This document shows positions 12,189 through 23,351 of a DNA stretch of 64,000 nucleotides, one piece after another. Positions within the stretch are counted from its first letter, which is position 1, and the number at the start of each line of letters is the position of its first letter. The notes under the pieces were generated by a model. The model saw only the letters and a list, made by a program, of their open reading frames with translations, made no database searches and was not told the origin of the DNA. The position numbers and the translations under genes are program-made. Origin of the DNA: Mustelus asterias. Its lineage: Eukaryota. The stretch lies in contig NW_027590197.1 of assembly GCF_964213995.1 (NCBI RefSeq), positions 186,001 through 250,000 of the forward strand, given 5' to 3'.

Positions 12189-13884
12189 ACCAGCGAGTTC
12201 ACACTGGGGAGAAACCATTCATCTGCTTCAAGTATGGGAAAGGATTCAATCAGTCATCCAACGTGCTGACACACCAGCCAGATTGGAGTTTGCTGTTAAT
12301 CACATCCAGAACTGAACTATATTTATTGGGGTCTGATGTTAACAATATCCAGTGCAGATTTAGATATTAGTATTCTGGGTTAAAAATAAAAAAACATCAA
12401 CTTTGTTTTAATTTTTGAATGACTGCATCTTCATTTGGGAGGCTGGGATTATCCCCGTTTCGAGGGAACTAAGGAATAGACCATAAGCCGTAGGAGCAGC
12501 ATTCGGCCATTCAGCCTTCATTATAACAATGATCCCATTGTGATTCCTGCTGGTTGGGAAATGTGCGATATTGATGCCAGTCTGTCTTTCTTTAATTATC
12601 TTCAATCCCAGTCCTCTGGTTACTGACCCGCATCAGTGGAACAGTTTCTTCCGATCTGCTCTATCAAACCACCCGTCCCCACCCCGATCATCTTGAACAG
12701 ATCCATGAAATCTCCATTTCAGCTTCTTTGTTCTAAAGGGAACACATTTGGGGGAGGCGATGTCTAATGGTATTATCGATAGACTATTAATCCAGAAACC
12801 CAGCTAATGTTCTGGGGACCTGGATTCGAATCCACATGTTGAAAAAGATGAACAGTGTCTGTGGTACCTGCTGGATGTGGTGCAGCACATTTCCCAGGAC
12901 ATTGGAGCAGTAATGAATGAGGCCAGGATGACAGATTCGAAACAACATTATATTCTTTATGCTTGAAACCTGTCTTAGAATTCTCTTCATTAACTGGACC
13001 ATCAATGTGAGGGGAATTAGCATCTTCTGTAATTCCAGAACCCAGAGACACTGATTACCCAAGGATGTTGTTCTGTAATTTACACTATCCCCCAGCAGGG
13101 CTCTTCACCCAGGCTGACAAGAGGCAGCTCAGTGTTAGTGATTTGTCACTGCTGCTGTCCCAGATGTTGTTCAATATAGATTCAAGTTTAGAGAAAGGAG
13201 TGGAAATGGGTAATCCGAACTGCTCACTGTCCCTGACGGGTAATGGTTACTTGAATTTCTCAAACATCGTAGTTTGTAAAGCCACTGTTATTTCATCTCC
13301 AGTATTAGTCAGAATGGGCTATATTCTCCACATGATAGGGCTGGAATTATCTGTGTGGGTGTGTGTCTATGAATGAAGATGTCTGTTTGGTTGTGGGTAT
13401 GTCTCTATGTTTGCCCATGTCTGTGTAAGAGACAGGGAGAGAGAGTGTGTTTGGATCTCTGTGTTTGGATATCTTTATGTGCTGCTTCTTCTTAGGTGCT
13501 TCCTCTCAAAGGTTCCTCTCCGGGTGATTTGAATAGAATCATTCAGAGATTCTGCATCCTGGGTGAATCCACAGGCTGACCATATGCTGTGTAAAACCTG
13601 ACATCCACACCACCAGACCCCACTTTTCCTGGAACAACATCAAGTGTTTGCTGCTTTCCTGATCCTTCCTTTTCCCTCCCTTTTCAATTATATCACTTCT
13701 CATTATTCTGAATTTCAGAGAGGACAGACTCATCCCACTGAATGTCCTCCAAGGACAACCACCTCATCTCAGGAATCAATCCAGTGAAATTTAGTTGCAC
13801 AAAGACAGTGAGCAAATAGAACAAAGACCAAAAGAGTGAAATAGAGACACAGACAGAGACTGTTAGAGTGAAAGAGACTGAGTG

Positions 13885-14680
13885 AGATTTACAGTCAGAG
13901 TCATACAGTGCAGAAAACACCCTTCGACCCATCGAGTCTGCACCAACAATAGCTACCACTAAACCCCATGCTAATCCCATTTTCCAGCACCTGTCCCAGA
14001 TCCTTATCTGAATGCTATAATATTTCAAGTGCTCATCCAAATACTTTTTAAAGGTTGTTAAGTTTCCAGCCTCCACTACCTTCCCAGGCAGTTTATTACA
14101 GATTCCCACCACCCTCTGATTTTTTTTTTCTCAACTTCCCTCTGAATCTCTTGTCAGGCACCCTAAAACTATGTCCCCTCATGATTGACCCCCTCAACCA
14201 AGGGTTCTACTCACCCGATCCATATCCTTCATAATCTTATACACCACAATCATGTCCCCCTCAGCTTTCTCTGCTCTGAAGTAAACACTCCAAACCTATC
14301 CAGTCTCCTTATAGCTCAAATGTTCCATCCCAGGCAACATCCTGGTGAATCTCCTCTGTACCCCCTCCAGTGCAATCACATCCTTCCTGGAGTGAGGTGA
14401 CTCGAACTGCACACGGTACTCCAGCTGTGGCCTAACCAACATTCTGTACAGCTCCAACATTATCTCTTTGTTCTTATACTGTATGCCACGACTGATAAAA
14501 GCAAGTGTCTCATATGCCTTCTTATCTATTCTATTCAGCTGCTCTGTTACCTTAAGTGAATAAGTACCCCAAGATCCCCATCTGCTCCTCTGATTTTACC
14601 TCGTGTCCTTCCATTCATTAATTATTTCTTTGTCTTGTTACTTCTTCCAAAGTGCATCACTTCGCACTTATCAAGATTAA
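13885..14680 (-). mobile_element. CR1 LINE 3' fragment, degenerate
   Basis: Minus-strand VVGICNKLPGKVVEAGNLTTFKKYLD and RPQLEYRVQF-like motifs; gactcgatgggtcgaaggg tail. Confidence 0.75.
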
Positions 14681-15109
14681 ATACCATATTTTTTTTATTC
14701 ATTTGTGGGACATGGGCGTCGCTAGTTGGCCATCCCGAGTTGCCCTTAAGAAGGTGGTGGTGAGCTACCTTCTTGAATCACTGCAGCTCGTGTGCTGTGG
14801 GTTTACCTACAATGTGGTTAGGGAGGGAATTCCAGGATTTTGTCCCAGCGACTGTGACGGAATGGTGATATATTTTGAAGTCGACCACTGTTCTGCCCAT
14901 GTGACCAACCCAACTATATTGTGCTGCAACCTACGACAGAGTGGGGAAGACTCTAAAAGGACCCTGGGTCTCTGGAATGCTCATCCAGTAACAATTCCAC
15001 CACGCACATTGGTAGATGTATCAATTGGTTGAATAATTTTATATATTAACCCTGTAGTTCTGATCGTAATTGGATGACAAAGCACAATTTTGTGTTGAAC
15101 ATTATCTCC

Positions 15110-15390
15110 TTCCTATGGCGGTCCTCTTACCCAGCATTCGCAGCGAGAGAGAATGTGCCGTATTGTCACAATAGCAGCCGCCTGCGCAGGCGCAGTACCT
15201 GATTCTGAGTGGAGCATGCGCTGTGCGGATTCGGACTGGCCCATGCGCAGTGTGGGTGCTGGAGCTGCAGGGAGGCGGGGAAGTGGGTGCAGAGGCTTCA
15301 GAAACAGTTAGTGGAGGAGGCCTCAAAACCCAGAATAAGGAACCCCCGGGCCCAAGTTTGCACCGACCCGGGGGGTAATTGCAGCAGCTC
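15110..15390 (+). promoter_or_regulatory. CpG-rich promoter/leader of unit 3
   Basis: CTGCGCAGGCGCA, GCATGCGC, CATGCGCA and GGAGGCGGGG motifs ~700 bp upstream of the unit-3 exon. Confidence 0.5.
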
Positions 15391-16029
15391 TAAAATCGGG
15401 GAGGTGGTGGTAATATCAGTGACACAGCCTCATGTTCTGGGGATGGGTTCAAGTCCCATCATGGAGCTGGGGGGGTTTAAATAGAATTCACAAAACGCTG
15501 GAAAATCTGGAATATAATTTCACTTGAGTAACCATTACAGCTGTGAACAATTTTAAAAACCCATCCTGTTTATTCATGGGAATCTGCTGTCTCTCCATAG
15601 ACTTGTCAACATGCGATTCAGTCTCTAACTGCCCTCCTCAGGGGCAGGAAATAAATGCTGGTCTTGGCAATAAAACCACATCACATGAAATAGTGAAGGA
15701 GAAACACTGATAGACTTGGGTTAATGGATGTCATCTTTCTCGGGAGCAGGACACAGGCACGGTTATCACTGTCCCTGTGAGAAAATGTGAATTTCTATCC
15801 TGGACTGACATTGATAGATTTTGGAGTCTCCTTTTCCAGAGGGTGAGAAGGGGAGGATTTACACACAGTAAACTCAAACCAAGTTTGCTTCAATTTTTAA
15901 CTTTGGACTTTTTCTTACAGGATATTAGAAGCGCAGGAGTGGAAGGGAGAAAACTCAAACCAAACATCGCATCAGGATCCGACGCTATCGCCTAAATTAG
16001 TGTAATCTGAATATCATTGGGTTTTGAAC

Positions 16030-18496
16030 ATGGAAGGGGAAAGCACGGTTAACAGTGGAGAGAAACTGTACACGTGTTCTGTGTGTGGACGAACATTCAG
16101 CCGATCATCTGGCCTGTTGAAACATAAATGCAGTCACAACAGGGAGAAACAATGGAAATGTGGAGACTGTGGGAAGAGATTCAGATTTCCATCTGAACTG
16201 AAAACTCATCGACACAATCACACTGGAGAGAGACGACACAAAACTGGCAGGACTTGCAGATAGTGAGGAACATTGTCAGAGGCTACAGAAGGATATAGAT
16301 AGGCTGGAAATTTGGGCAAGGAAATGGCAGATGGAGTTCAATCCTGATAAATGAGAAGTGATGCATTTTGGTGGGAATAATGTAGGGAGGAGCTACACGA
16401 TAAATGGAAGAACCATAAAGGGTGTAGAGTCGCAGAGGGACCTGGGTGTGCAAGTCCACAGATCTTTGAAGGTGACGTCACAGGTGGAGAAGGTGGTGAA
16501 GAAGGCATATGGCATGCTTGCCTTTATAGGAGGGGGCATAGAGTATAAGAGTTGGGGTCTGATGTTGCAGATGTATAGAACGTTGGTTCGGCCGCATTTG
16601 GAATACTGCGTCCAGTTCTGGTCGCCACACTACCAGAAGGACGTGGAGGCTTTGGAGAGAGTACAGAGGAGGTTTACCAGGATGTTGCCTGGTATGGAGG
16701 GGCTTGGTTATGAGGAGAGATTGGGGAAACTGGGGTTGTTCTCCTTGGAAAGACGGAGGATGAGGGGAGACTTAATAGAGGTGTATAAAATTATGAAAGG
16801 CATAGATAGGGTGAACGGTGGGAAGCTTTTCCCCGGGTCGGTGGTGACGTTCACGAGGGGTCATAGGTTCAAGGTGAAGGGGGGGAGGTTTAACACAGAT
16901 ATCAGAAGGACATATTTCACACAGAGGGTCGTGGGGGCCTGGAATGTGTTGCCGGGCAAGGTGGTGAAGGCGGACACACTGGGAACGTTTAAGACTTATC
17001 TAGACAGCTATATGAACGGAGTGGGAATGGAGGGATACAAAAGAGTGGTCTAGTTTGGACCAGGGAGCGGCGCGGGCTAATTGTTCCTTGTTTCTCGTTT
17101 CAAGGCTTCATTCTATGATCATCTTGCTGGTGCCAGTACAGAGCGAGACTGCGGATAGTTGGGAACCTGTCTCGGGGGCAGGGAATTCATATGGTGTTTG
17201 TGGAAGTGGAAATGACTAGGGTTGGGAAGCATTTTCCGATCAGGGCCATTGTGATCTCCTGGACTCGTTTCGATCGCCTCAGGGGGTCGGAGAGGAATTT
17301 CCCAGATTCTTTTTCCCCATATTGGCCCTGGGGTTTTCACTCTGGGTTTTCGCCTCTCCCTGGAGATCACATGGTCTGGAATGGGGGGGTGGGGGTGAGT
17401 TAATAGGTTGTGATGAACAAAGCATCGTAGCTGTGAGGGACAGCTCGGTGGATAGGATATTGGTATGTAGATAGGCTGGAAAATTGGCCGGGGATCCTGG
17501 ATTCAGGATTCAATCCTGGACCGGGGAGCGGCGCGGGCTTGGAGGGCCGAAGGGCCTGTTCCTGTGCTGTATTGTTCTTTGTTCTTGAGACCATTCACCT
17601 GCTCTGAGTGTGGGAAGGGATTCACTACCTCATCCATCTTGCTGACACACCGGCGAGTTCACACTGGGGAGAGACCGTTCACCTGCTCCAAGTGTGGGAT
17701 GGGATTCATTTGTTCATCGCATCTGCTGAAACACTGGTGGGTTCACACTGGGGAGAGGCCATTCAACTGTCATGAGTGTGGGAAGGGATTCGCTACCTCA
17801 TCAATCCTGCTGACACACCAGAGAGTTCACACTAGAGAGAGACCATTCAGATGCTCTGATTGTGGGAAGGGATTCCCTACCTCTTCTATCCTGCTGAAAC
17901 ACCAGCGAGTTCACACTGGAGAGAGCCCGTTCACCTGCTCTGAGTGTGGAAAGGGATTCACTGATTCATCCGACCTGCTGAAACACCAGAGAATTCATAA
18001 TGGGGAGAGGCCATTTATCTGCTCCGAATGTGGAAAGGGATTTACCCAGTCATTCAACCTCCTAAAACACCAGCGAGGTCACACCGGAGAGAAGCCGTTC
18101 ACCTGCTCTGAGTGTGGGAAGGGCTTCAGTCAGTCATTCATCTTGTTGAAACACCAGCGAGTTCACACTGGGGAGAGGCCATTCACTTGCTCCAGTTGTG
18201 GGAAGGGATTTATTGATTCATCCACCCTGCAGAGACACCAGCGAGTTCACACCGGGGAGAGACCATTCACCTGCTCTGATTGTGGTAAGAGATTCAGTCA
18301 ATCATCCAACCTGGTAAAGCACCAGCGAATTCACACTGGGGACAAGCCATTCACCTGCTCCGTGTGTGGGAAGGGATTCACTCAGTCACCTCACTTGCTG
18401 AAACACCAGCGTGTTCACGAGCGACTGCAAGGACTGGATTTTGCTCTTAATCACATCAAGGTCCTGACTATTTTCATTGGTGTCTGTTTCTGCTGA
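16030..18496 (+). pseudogene. C2H2 zinc-finger gene (2+10 fingers) disrupted by a CR1 insertion (unit 3)
   Basis: Removing 16235-17591 (element plus one GAGAC copy) restores CAC ACT GGA GAG AGA CCA TTC (HTGERPF) in frame. Confidence 0.85.
16235..17586 (+). mobile_element. 5'-truncated CR1/HER1 LINE inserted in a ZNF exon
   Basis: Starts at the DTK of the RT; ORF 16358-17053 (RPHLEYCVQFWSP...FTQRVV); tail gggccgaagggcctgtt...gttctt; GAGAC at 16230-16234 and 17587-17591. Confidence 0.9.
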
Positions 18497-18872
18497 TAAA
18501 TCCTAGCCCAGCTGGAAGGTTTATATTTTGGGTGGAACTCAAATACACAAGCTTTATGTTCAACACAGTGTGATGAATGCTTTTAATACCTCAAACATGT
18601 TAGTTCCATTTGAAGGGCTTCCCCCTCTCCCGTCTCCTCCATCCTCACCTCCAACAAGTGTGAGGAGCTCATGGAGCTTCTTTGTCACCAAGATTGAGAC
18701 AATCTGATCAGCTGTCTCTGCTCCTTCCCTCTCTTCCATTCGCCCACCGGGCTAAACTGTCTTTAAATTTCCTTCTGGCCTGACTCTTGAACTCATAAAT
18801 ACAAACAGGAAGTGCTGTAAAAACACGCGGGTCTGACAGCACCTCTGGCGAGAGAAACAGATTTAATGTTTT

Positions 18873-19060
18873 GGGAGGCACGGTAGCACAGTGGTTAGCA
18901 CTGCTGCTTCACAGCGCCAGGGACCCAGATTTGATTGCCGGCTTGGGTCACTGTCTGTGTGGAGTTTGCACATTCTCCCCGTGTCTGCGTGGGTTTCCTC
19001 CAGGTGCTCCGGTTTCCTCCCACATTCTGAAAGACGTGCTGGTTAGACGCATTGACCCGA
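18873..19060 (+). mobile_element. HE1-like SINE 5' part
   Basis: ggcacggtagcacagtggttagcactgctgcttcacagc head. Confidence 0.8.
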
Positions 19061-19392
19061 ACAGCTTGTCTGGACTTGCAGAATCTCACTGGCTGTCCTG
19101 TCTGGAGACAATACACATCTCTTTAACGTGTGCTTAATGCTCCCTCCATTCACATTGTTTGTACCTTTAAGACTTGAATATCTGTAAAGACTGCATTCCA
19201 ATCATTATTCTGTAAATTGAGTTTGTGTCTCTGTATGCCCTGTTTGTGAGCATTTCTCCACTCCACCTGACGAAGGGGCAGCGCTCCAAAAGCTAGTGGC
19301 ATTTGCGACCAAATAAACCTGTTGGACTTTAACCTGGTGTTGTTAAACTTCTTACTGTGTTTACCCCAGTCAACGCCGGCATCTCCACATCA
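19061..19392 (+). mobile_element. Penelope-like element 3' end (pLTR) fragment
   Basis: Similar to 23110-23443, ending ...tttaccccagtcaacgccggcatctccacatcat. Confidence 0.8.
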
Positions 19393-19809
19393 TGGATTCA
19401 GTTCTCCAGCTCCTGTCTGCAGACTGACAATAAAACCAATGGGTCTTATTGGGGGTGTTGGGGCCTCCAGCGGGTGTTTGTGAATCCTCCCCGCCCACCT
19501 CCCAGGGTTTCCTTCCTTCCCAGAGATCAGAGTCCTCATTGATTTGAGGCCAAAGTGTAACCTCTTATTTATTGTCCCCCTCCCCCATCCTCTGATGTGA
19601 ACCATCCTCCAGTGGCTGAGCCAGGATGGGGCCGTTAACCTGGGCCTGTTCCCGGGAGGGAGGGAGGGAGAAGCCCCGCAGCTGCAAACCAGGGAGCTGA
19701 CAATGATTCTGAAGGGTTTGCGGATCCACAAAGTGTTTCCAAATCCTCCCAGCCACCGCCTAACGCTGACTCCGCTTCTCCGGGACAAACAACCGCCAAG
19801 GACAGCAAT

Positions 19810-19990
19810 GACACTGCGCATGCTCCACATCACAATGCCCGGCACTGATTGACGGCAGCTCCGGACCAATAGGAAGAGGGGGCGGGGCTGGAGGACTGAG
19901 CGGGAGCGGCTGGTCCTCCGACCAATCAGAGTGAATGAGGGGCGGGACCTGAAGCATGCGCAGTGCGGGTAATGGCGACGGACAGACGGA
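19810..19990. promoter_or_regulatory. Putative bidirectional promoter core
   Basis: NRF1-like TGCGCATGCT, ATTGA, CCAAT, GGGGCGGGG, CCAAT, GGGGCGGGA, GCATGCGCA, TAATGGCG; homologous at 40430-40610 and 62990-63150. Confidence 0.65.
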
Positions 19991-20237
19991 TGGTTTTAAC
20001 TTGGAAGCGAGATCAATACGAGGTAGAGGGCGGCGTGCGAGGAATGATAAATGTGGCGGGTGGGTGGAGAGGCTTTGTAAACATGTTGTTCAAACCCAAA
20101 CCCCGGAAATGAACTTCCCGGTTCCCCCCCTTTGTACCAAATGGAGCGGCAGCTTGTAGTGTTAGACCCGGGCTGACTGCCGCCATTGAGGCTGCATGTG
20201 GGAGGCCGGCAGGGATTGTGATCGGAGAGTGAAGCCC

Positions 20238-20401
20238 TGACGTCACAATGGAATGGGTGACAGTGTGACGTCACAATGGAATGGGTGGGAGTGTGAGGTC
20301 ACAATGGAATGGGTGAGAGTGTGATGTCACAATGGAATGGGTGAGAGTGTGACGTCACAATGGAATGGGTGAGAGTGTGATGTCACAATGGAATGGGTGA
20401 G
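20238..20401. repeat. 28-bp minisatellite, ~6 units (TGACGTCACAATGGAATGGGTGAGAGTG)
   Basis: Unit starts at 20238, 20266, 20294, 20322, 20350 and 20378. Confidence 0.9.
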
Positions 20402-20455
20402 GGTTCCAGATGAGCTGAGACTGGGCTGGAGTCGGGCGATGGCACTGACATGTGG

Positions 20456-20665
20456 CCTGGTGGCGCAGTGGTTAGTGCAGCTGCCTAACAGCGCCAGGGA
20501 CCCGGGTTCAATTCCAGCCTCGGGTCACTGTCTGTGCAGAGTTTCTACATTCTCCCTGTGTCTGTGTGGGTTTCCTCCAGGTGTTCCGGTTTCCTTCCAC
20601 AGTCTAAAGATGTGCAGGTTAGACAGATTGGCCATGATAAATTAACCCTTGGCATCAGGGGGATT
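20456..20665 (+). mobile_element. HE1-like SINE, 5' part (3' part continues at ~23457-23550 after the PLE insertion)
   Basis: tggcgcagtggttagtgcagctgcc...gggttcaattcc head; continuation aacaggtaaatatgtggatagggcctgg...gggctgaatggcctcc. Confidence 0.8.
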
Positions 20666-21047
20666 CACAGTAAGAAGTTTAACAACACCAGGTTAAAGTC
20701 CAACAGGTTTATTTGGTAGCAAAAGCCACACAAGCTTTCGAGGCTCTGAGCCCCTTCTTCAGGTGAGTGGGAATTCTGTTCACAAACAGAACTTATAAGA
20801 CACAGACTCAATTTACATGAATAATGGTTGGAATGCGAATACTTACAACCAATCCAGTCTTTAAGAAACAAAACAATGGGAGTGGAGAGAGCATCAAGAC
20901 AGGCTAAAAAGATGTGTATTGTCTCCAGACAAGACAGCCAGTGAAACTCTGCAGGTCCACGCAACTGTGGGAGTTACAAATAGTGTGACATAAATTCTGA
21001 TTCTAGGATCGCATGATAAAGACTCAGGAGGAAAAAAGCAGAAATAT

Positions 21048-22040
21048 TTATGTGAAATAGTGTGACATAAACCCAATATCCCGGTTGAGGCCGTCCTTGT
21101 GTGTGCGGAACCTGGCTATCAGTTTCTGCTCCGCGACTCTGCGCTGTCGTGTGTCGCGAAGGCCGCCTTGGAGAACGCTTACCCGAATATCAGAGGCCGA
21201 ATGCCCGTGACCGCTGAAGTGCTCCCCAACAGGAAGAGAACAGTCTTGCCTGGTGATTGTCGAGCGGTGTTCATTCATCCGTTGTCGCAGCGTCTGCATG
21301 GTCTCCCCAATGTACCATGCCTCGGGACATCCTTTCTTGCAGCGTATCAGGTAGACAACGTTGGCCGAGTTGCAAGAGTATGTACCGTGTACCTGGTGGA
21401 TGGTGTTCTCACGTGAGATGATGGCATCTGTGTCGATGATCCGGCACGTCTTGCAGAGGTTGCTGTGGCAGGGTTGTGTGGTGTCTTGGTCACTGTTCTC
21501 CTGAAGGCTGGGTAGTTTGCTGCGGACAATGGTCTGTTTGAGGTTGTGCGGTTGTTTGAAGGCAAGAAGTGGGGGTGTGGGGATGGCCTTGGCGAGATGT
21601 TCGTCTTCATCAATGACATGTTGAAGGCTCCGGAGGAGATGCCGTAGCTTCTCCGCTCCGGGGAAGTACTGGACAACGAAGGGTACTCTGTCCACTGTGT
21701 CCCGTGTTTGTCTTCTGAGGAGGTCGGTGCGGTTTTTCGCTGTGGCGCGTTGGAACTGTTGATCAATGAGTCTAGCGCCATATCCTGTTCTTATGAGGGC
21801 ATCTTTCAGCGTCTGGAGGTGTCTGTTGCGATCCTCCTCATCCGAGCAGATCCTGTGTATACGGAGGGCTTGTCCGTAGGGGATGGCTTCTTTAACGTGT
21901 TTAGGGTGGAAGCTGGAGAAGTGGAGCATCGTGAGGTTATCCGTGGGCTTGCGGTACAGTGAGGTGCTGAGGTGACCGTCCTTAATGGAGATGCGCGTGT
22001 CCAAGAATGCAACCGATTCCGGAGAGTAGTCTATGGTGAA
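21048..22040 (-). CDS. Penelope RT C-terminus/thumb plus GIY-YIG endonuclease (left arm, 5'-truncated)
   Basis: FLD, LYRKPT, S.HP, NVVY.IRC..C...YIGET..LRQRMNEH and ..GLN motifs of PLE ORFs. Confidence 0.85.
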   Translation of the reverse strand, partial: FTIDYSPESVAFLDTRISIKDGHLSTSLYRKPTDNLTMLHFSSFHPKHVKEAIPYGQALRIHRICSDEEDRNRHLQTLKDALIRTGYGARLIDQQFQRATAKNRTDLLRRQTRDTVDRVPFVVQYFPGAEKLRHLLRSLQHVIDEDEHLAKAIPTPPLLAFKQPHNLKQTIVRSKLPSLQENSDQDTTQPCHSNLCKTCRIIDTDAIISRENTIHQVHGTYSCNSANVVYLIRCKKGCPEAWYIGETMQTLRQRMNEHRSTITRQDCSLPVGEHFSGHGHSASDIRVSVLQGGLRDTRQRRVAEQKLIARFRTHKDGLNRDIGFMSHYFT

Positions 22041-23029
22041 CCATAGACTACTCTCCGGAATCGGTTGCATTCTTGGACACGCGCATCTCCATTAAGGACG
22101 GTCACCTCAGCACCTCACTGTACCGCAAGCCCACGGATAACCTCACGATGCTCCACTTCTCCAGCTTCCACCCTAAACACGTTAAAGAAGCCATCCCCTA
22201 CGGACAAGCCCTCCGTATACACAGGATCTGCTCGGATGAGGATGATCGCAACAGACACCTCCAGACGCTGAAAGATGCCCTCATAAGAACAGGATATGGC
22301 GCTAGACTCATTGATCAACAGTTCCAACGCGCCACAGCGAAAAACCGCACCGACCTCCTCAGAAGACAAACACGGGACACAGTGGACAGAGTACCCTTCG
22401 TTGTCCAGTACTTCCCCGGAGCGGAGAAGCTACGGCATCTCCTCCGGAGCCTTCAACATGTCATTGATGAAGACGAACATCTCGCCAAGGCCATCCCCAC
22501 ACCCCCACTTCTTGCCTTCAAACAACCGCACAACCTCAAACAGACCATTGTCCGCAGCAAACTACCCAGCCTTCAGGAGAACAGTGACCAAGACACCACA
22601 CAACCCTGCCACAGCAACCTCTGCAAGACGTGCCGGATCATCGACACAGATGCCATCATCTCACGTGAGAACACCATCCACCAGGTACACGGTACATACT
22701 CTTGCAACTCGGCCAACGTTGTCTACCTGATACGCTGCAAGAAAGGATGTCCCGAGGCATGGTACATTGGGGAGACCATGCAGACGCTGCGACAACGGAT
22801 GAATGAACACCGCTCGACAATCACCAGGCAAGACTGTTCTCTTCCTGTTGGGGAGCACTTCAGCGGTCACGGGCATTCGGCCTCTGATATTCGGGTAAGC
22901 GTTCTCCAAGGCGGCCTTCGCGACACACGACAGCGCAGAGTCGCGGAGCAGAAACTGATAGCCAGGTTCCGCACACACAAGGACGGCCTCAACCGGGATA
23001 TTGGGTTTATGTCACACTATTTCACATAA
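22040..23029 (+). CDS. Penelope RT C-terminus/thumb plus GIY-YIG endonuclease (right arm, 5'-truncated)
   Basis: Same protein as the left arm apart from DEEDR/DEDDR; open frame but no RT catalytic core. Confidence 0.85.
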   Translation, partial: TIDYSPESVAFLDTRISIKDGHLSTSLYRKPTDNLTMLHFSSFHPKHVKEAIPYGQALRIHRICSDEDDRNRHLQTLKDALIRTGYGARLIDQQFQRATAKNRTDLLRRQTRDTVDRVPFVVQYFPGAEKLRHLLRSLQHVIDEDEHLAKAIPTPPLLAFKQPHNLKQTIVRSKLPSLQENSDQDTTQPCHSNLCKTCRIIDTDAIISRENTIHQVHGTYSCNSANVVYLIRCKKGCPEAWYIGETMQTLRQRMNEHRSTITRQDCSLPVGEHFSGHGHSASDIRVSVLQGGLRDTRQRRVAEQKLIARFRTHKDGLNRDIGFMSHYFT

Positions 23030-23311
23030 ATATTTCTGCTTTTTTCCTCCTGAGTCTTTATCATGCGATCCTAGAATCAGAATTTATGTCACACTATTTG
23101 TAACTCCCACAGTTGCGTGGACCTGCAGAGTTTCACTGGCTGTCTTGTCTGGAGACAATACACATCTTTTTAGCCTGTCTTGATGCTCTCTCCACTCCCA
23201 TTGTTTTGTTTCTTAAAGACTGGATTGGTTGTAAGTATTCGCATTCCAACCATTATTCATGTAAATTGAGTCTGTGTCTTATAAGTTCTGTTTGTGAACA
23301 GAATTCCCACT

Positions 23312-23351
23312 CACCTGAAGAAGGGGCTCAGAGCCTCGAAAGCTTGTGTGG
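23312..23351 (+). ncRNA. Minimal hammerhead ribozyme-like motif in the PLE pLTR (mirror copy at 20726-20765 on -)
   Basis: CAC-CTGAAGA-A-GGGGC-TCAGA-GCCTC-GAAA-GCTT-GTG: CUGAnGA/GAAA core boxes, stem II, palindromic AAGCTT stem III, CAC/GTG stem I; PLE pLTRs are known to carry minimal hammerheads. Confidence 0.6.

Noticed and set aside
20238-20401. CRISPR-like repeat array
   Set aside because: Contiguous tandem units without unique spacers, eukaryotic context and no cas genes
22040-23029. Domesticated GIY-YIG nuclease gene or autonomous element
   Set aside because: 5'-truncated, lacks the RT core and an ATG start at its 5' end; the open frame is explained by young age
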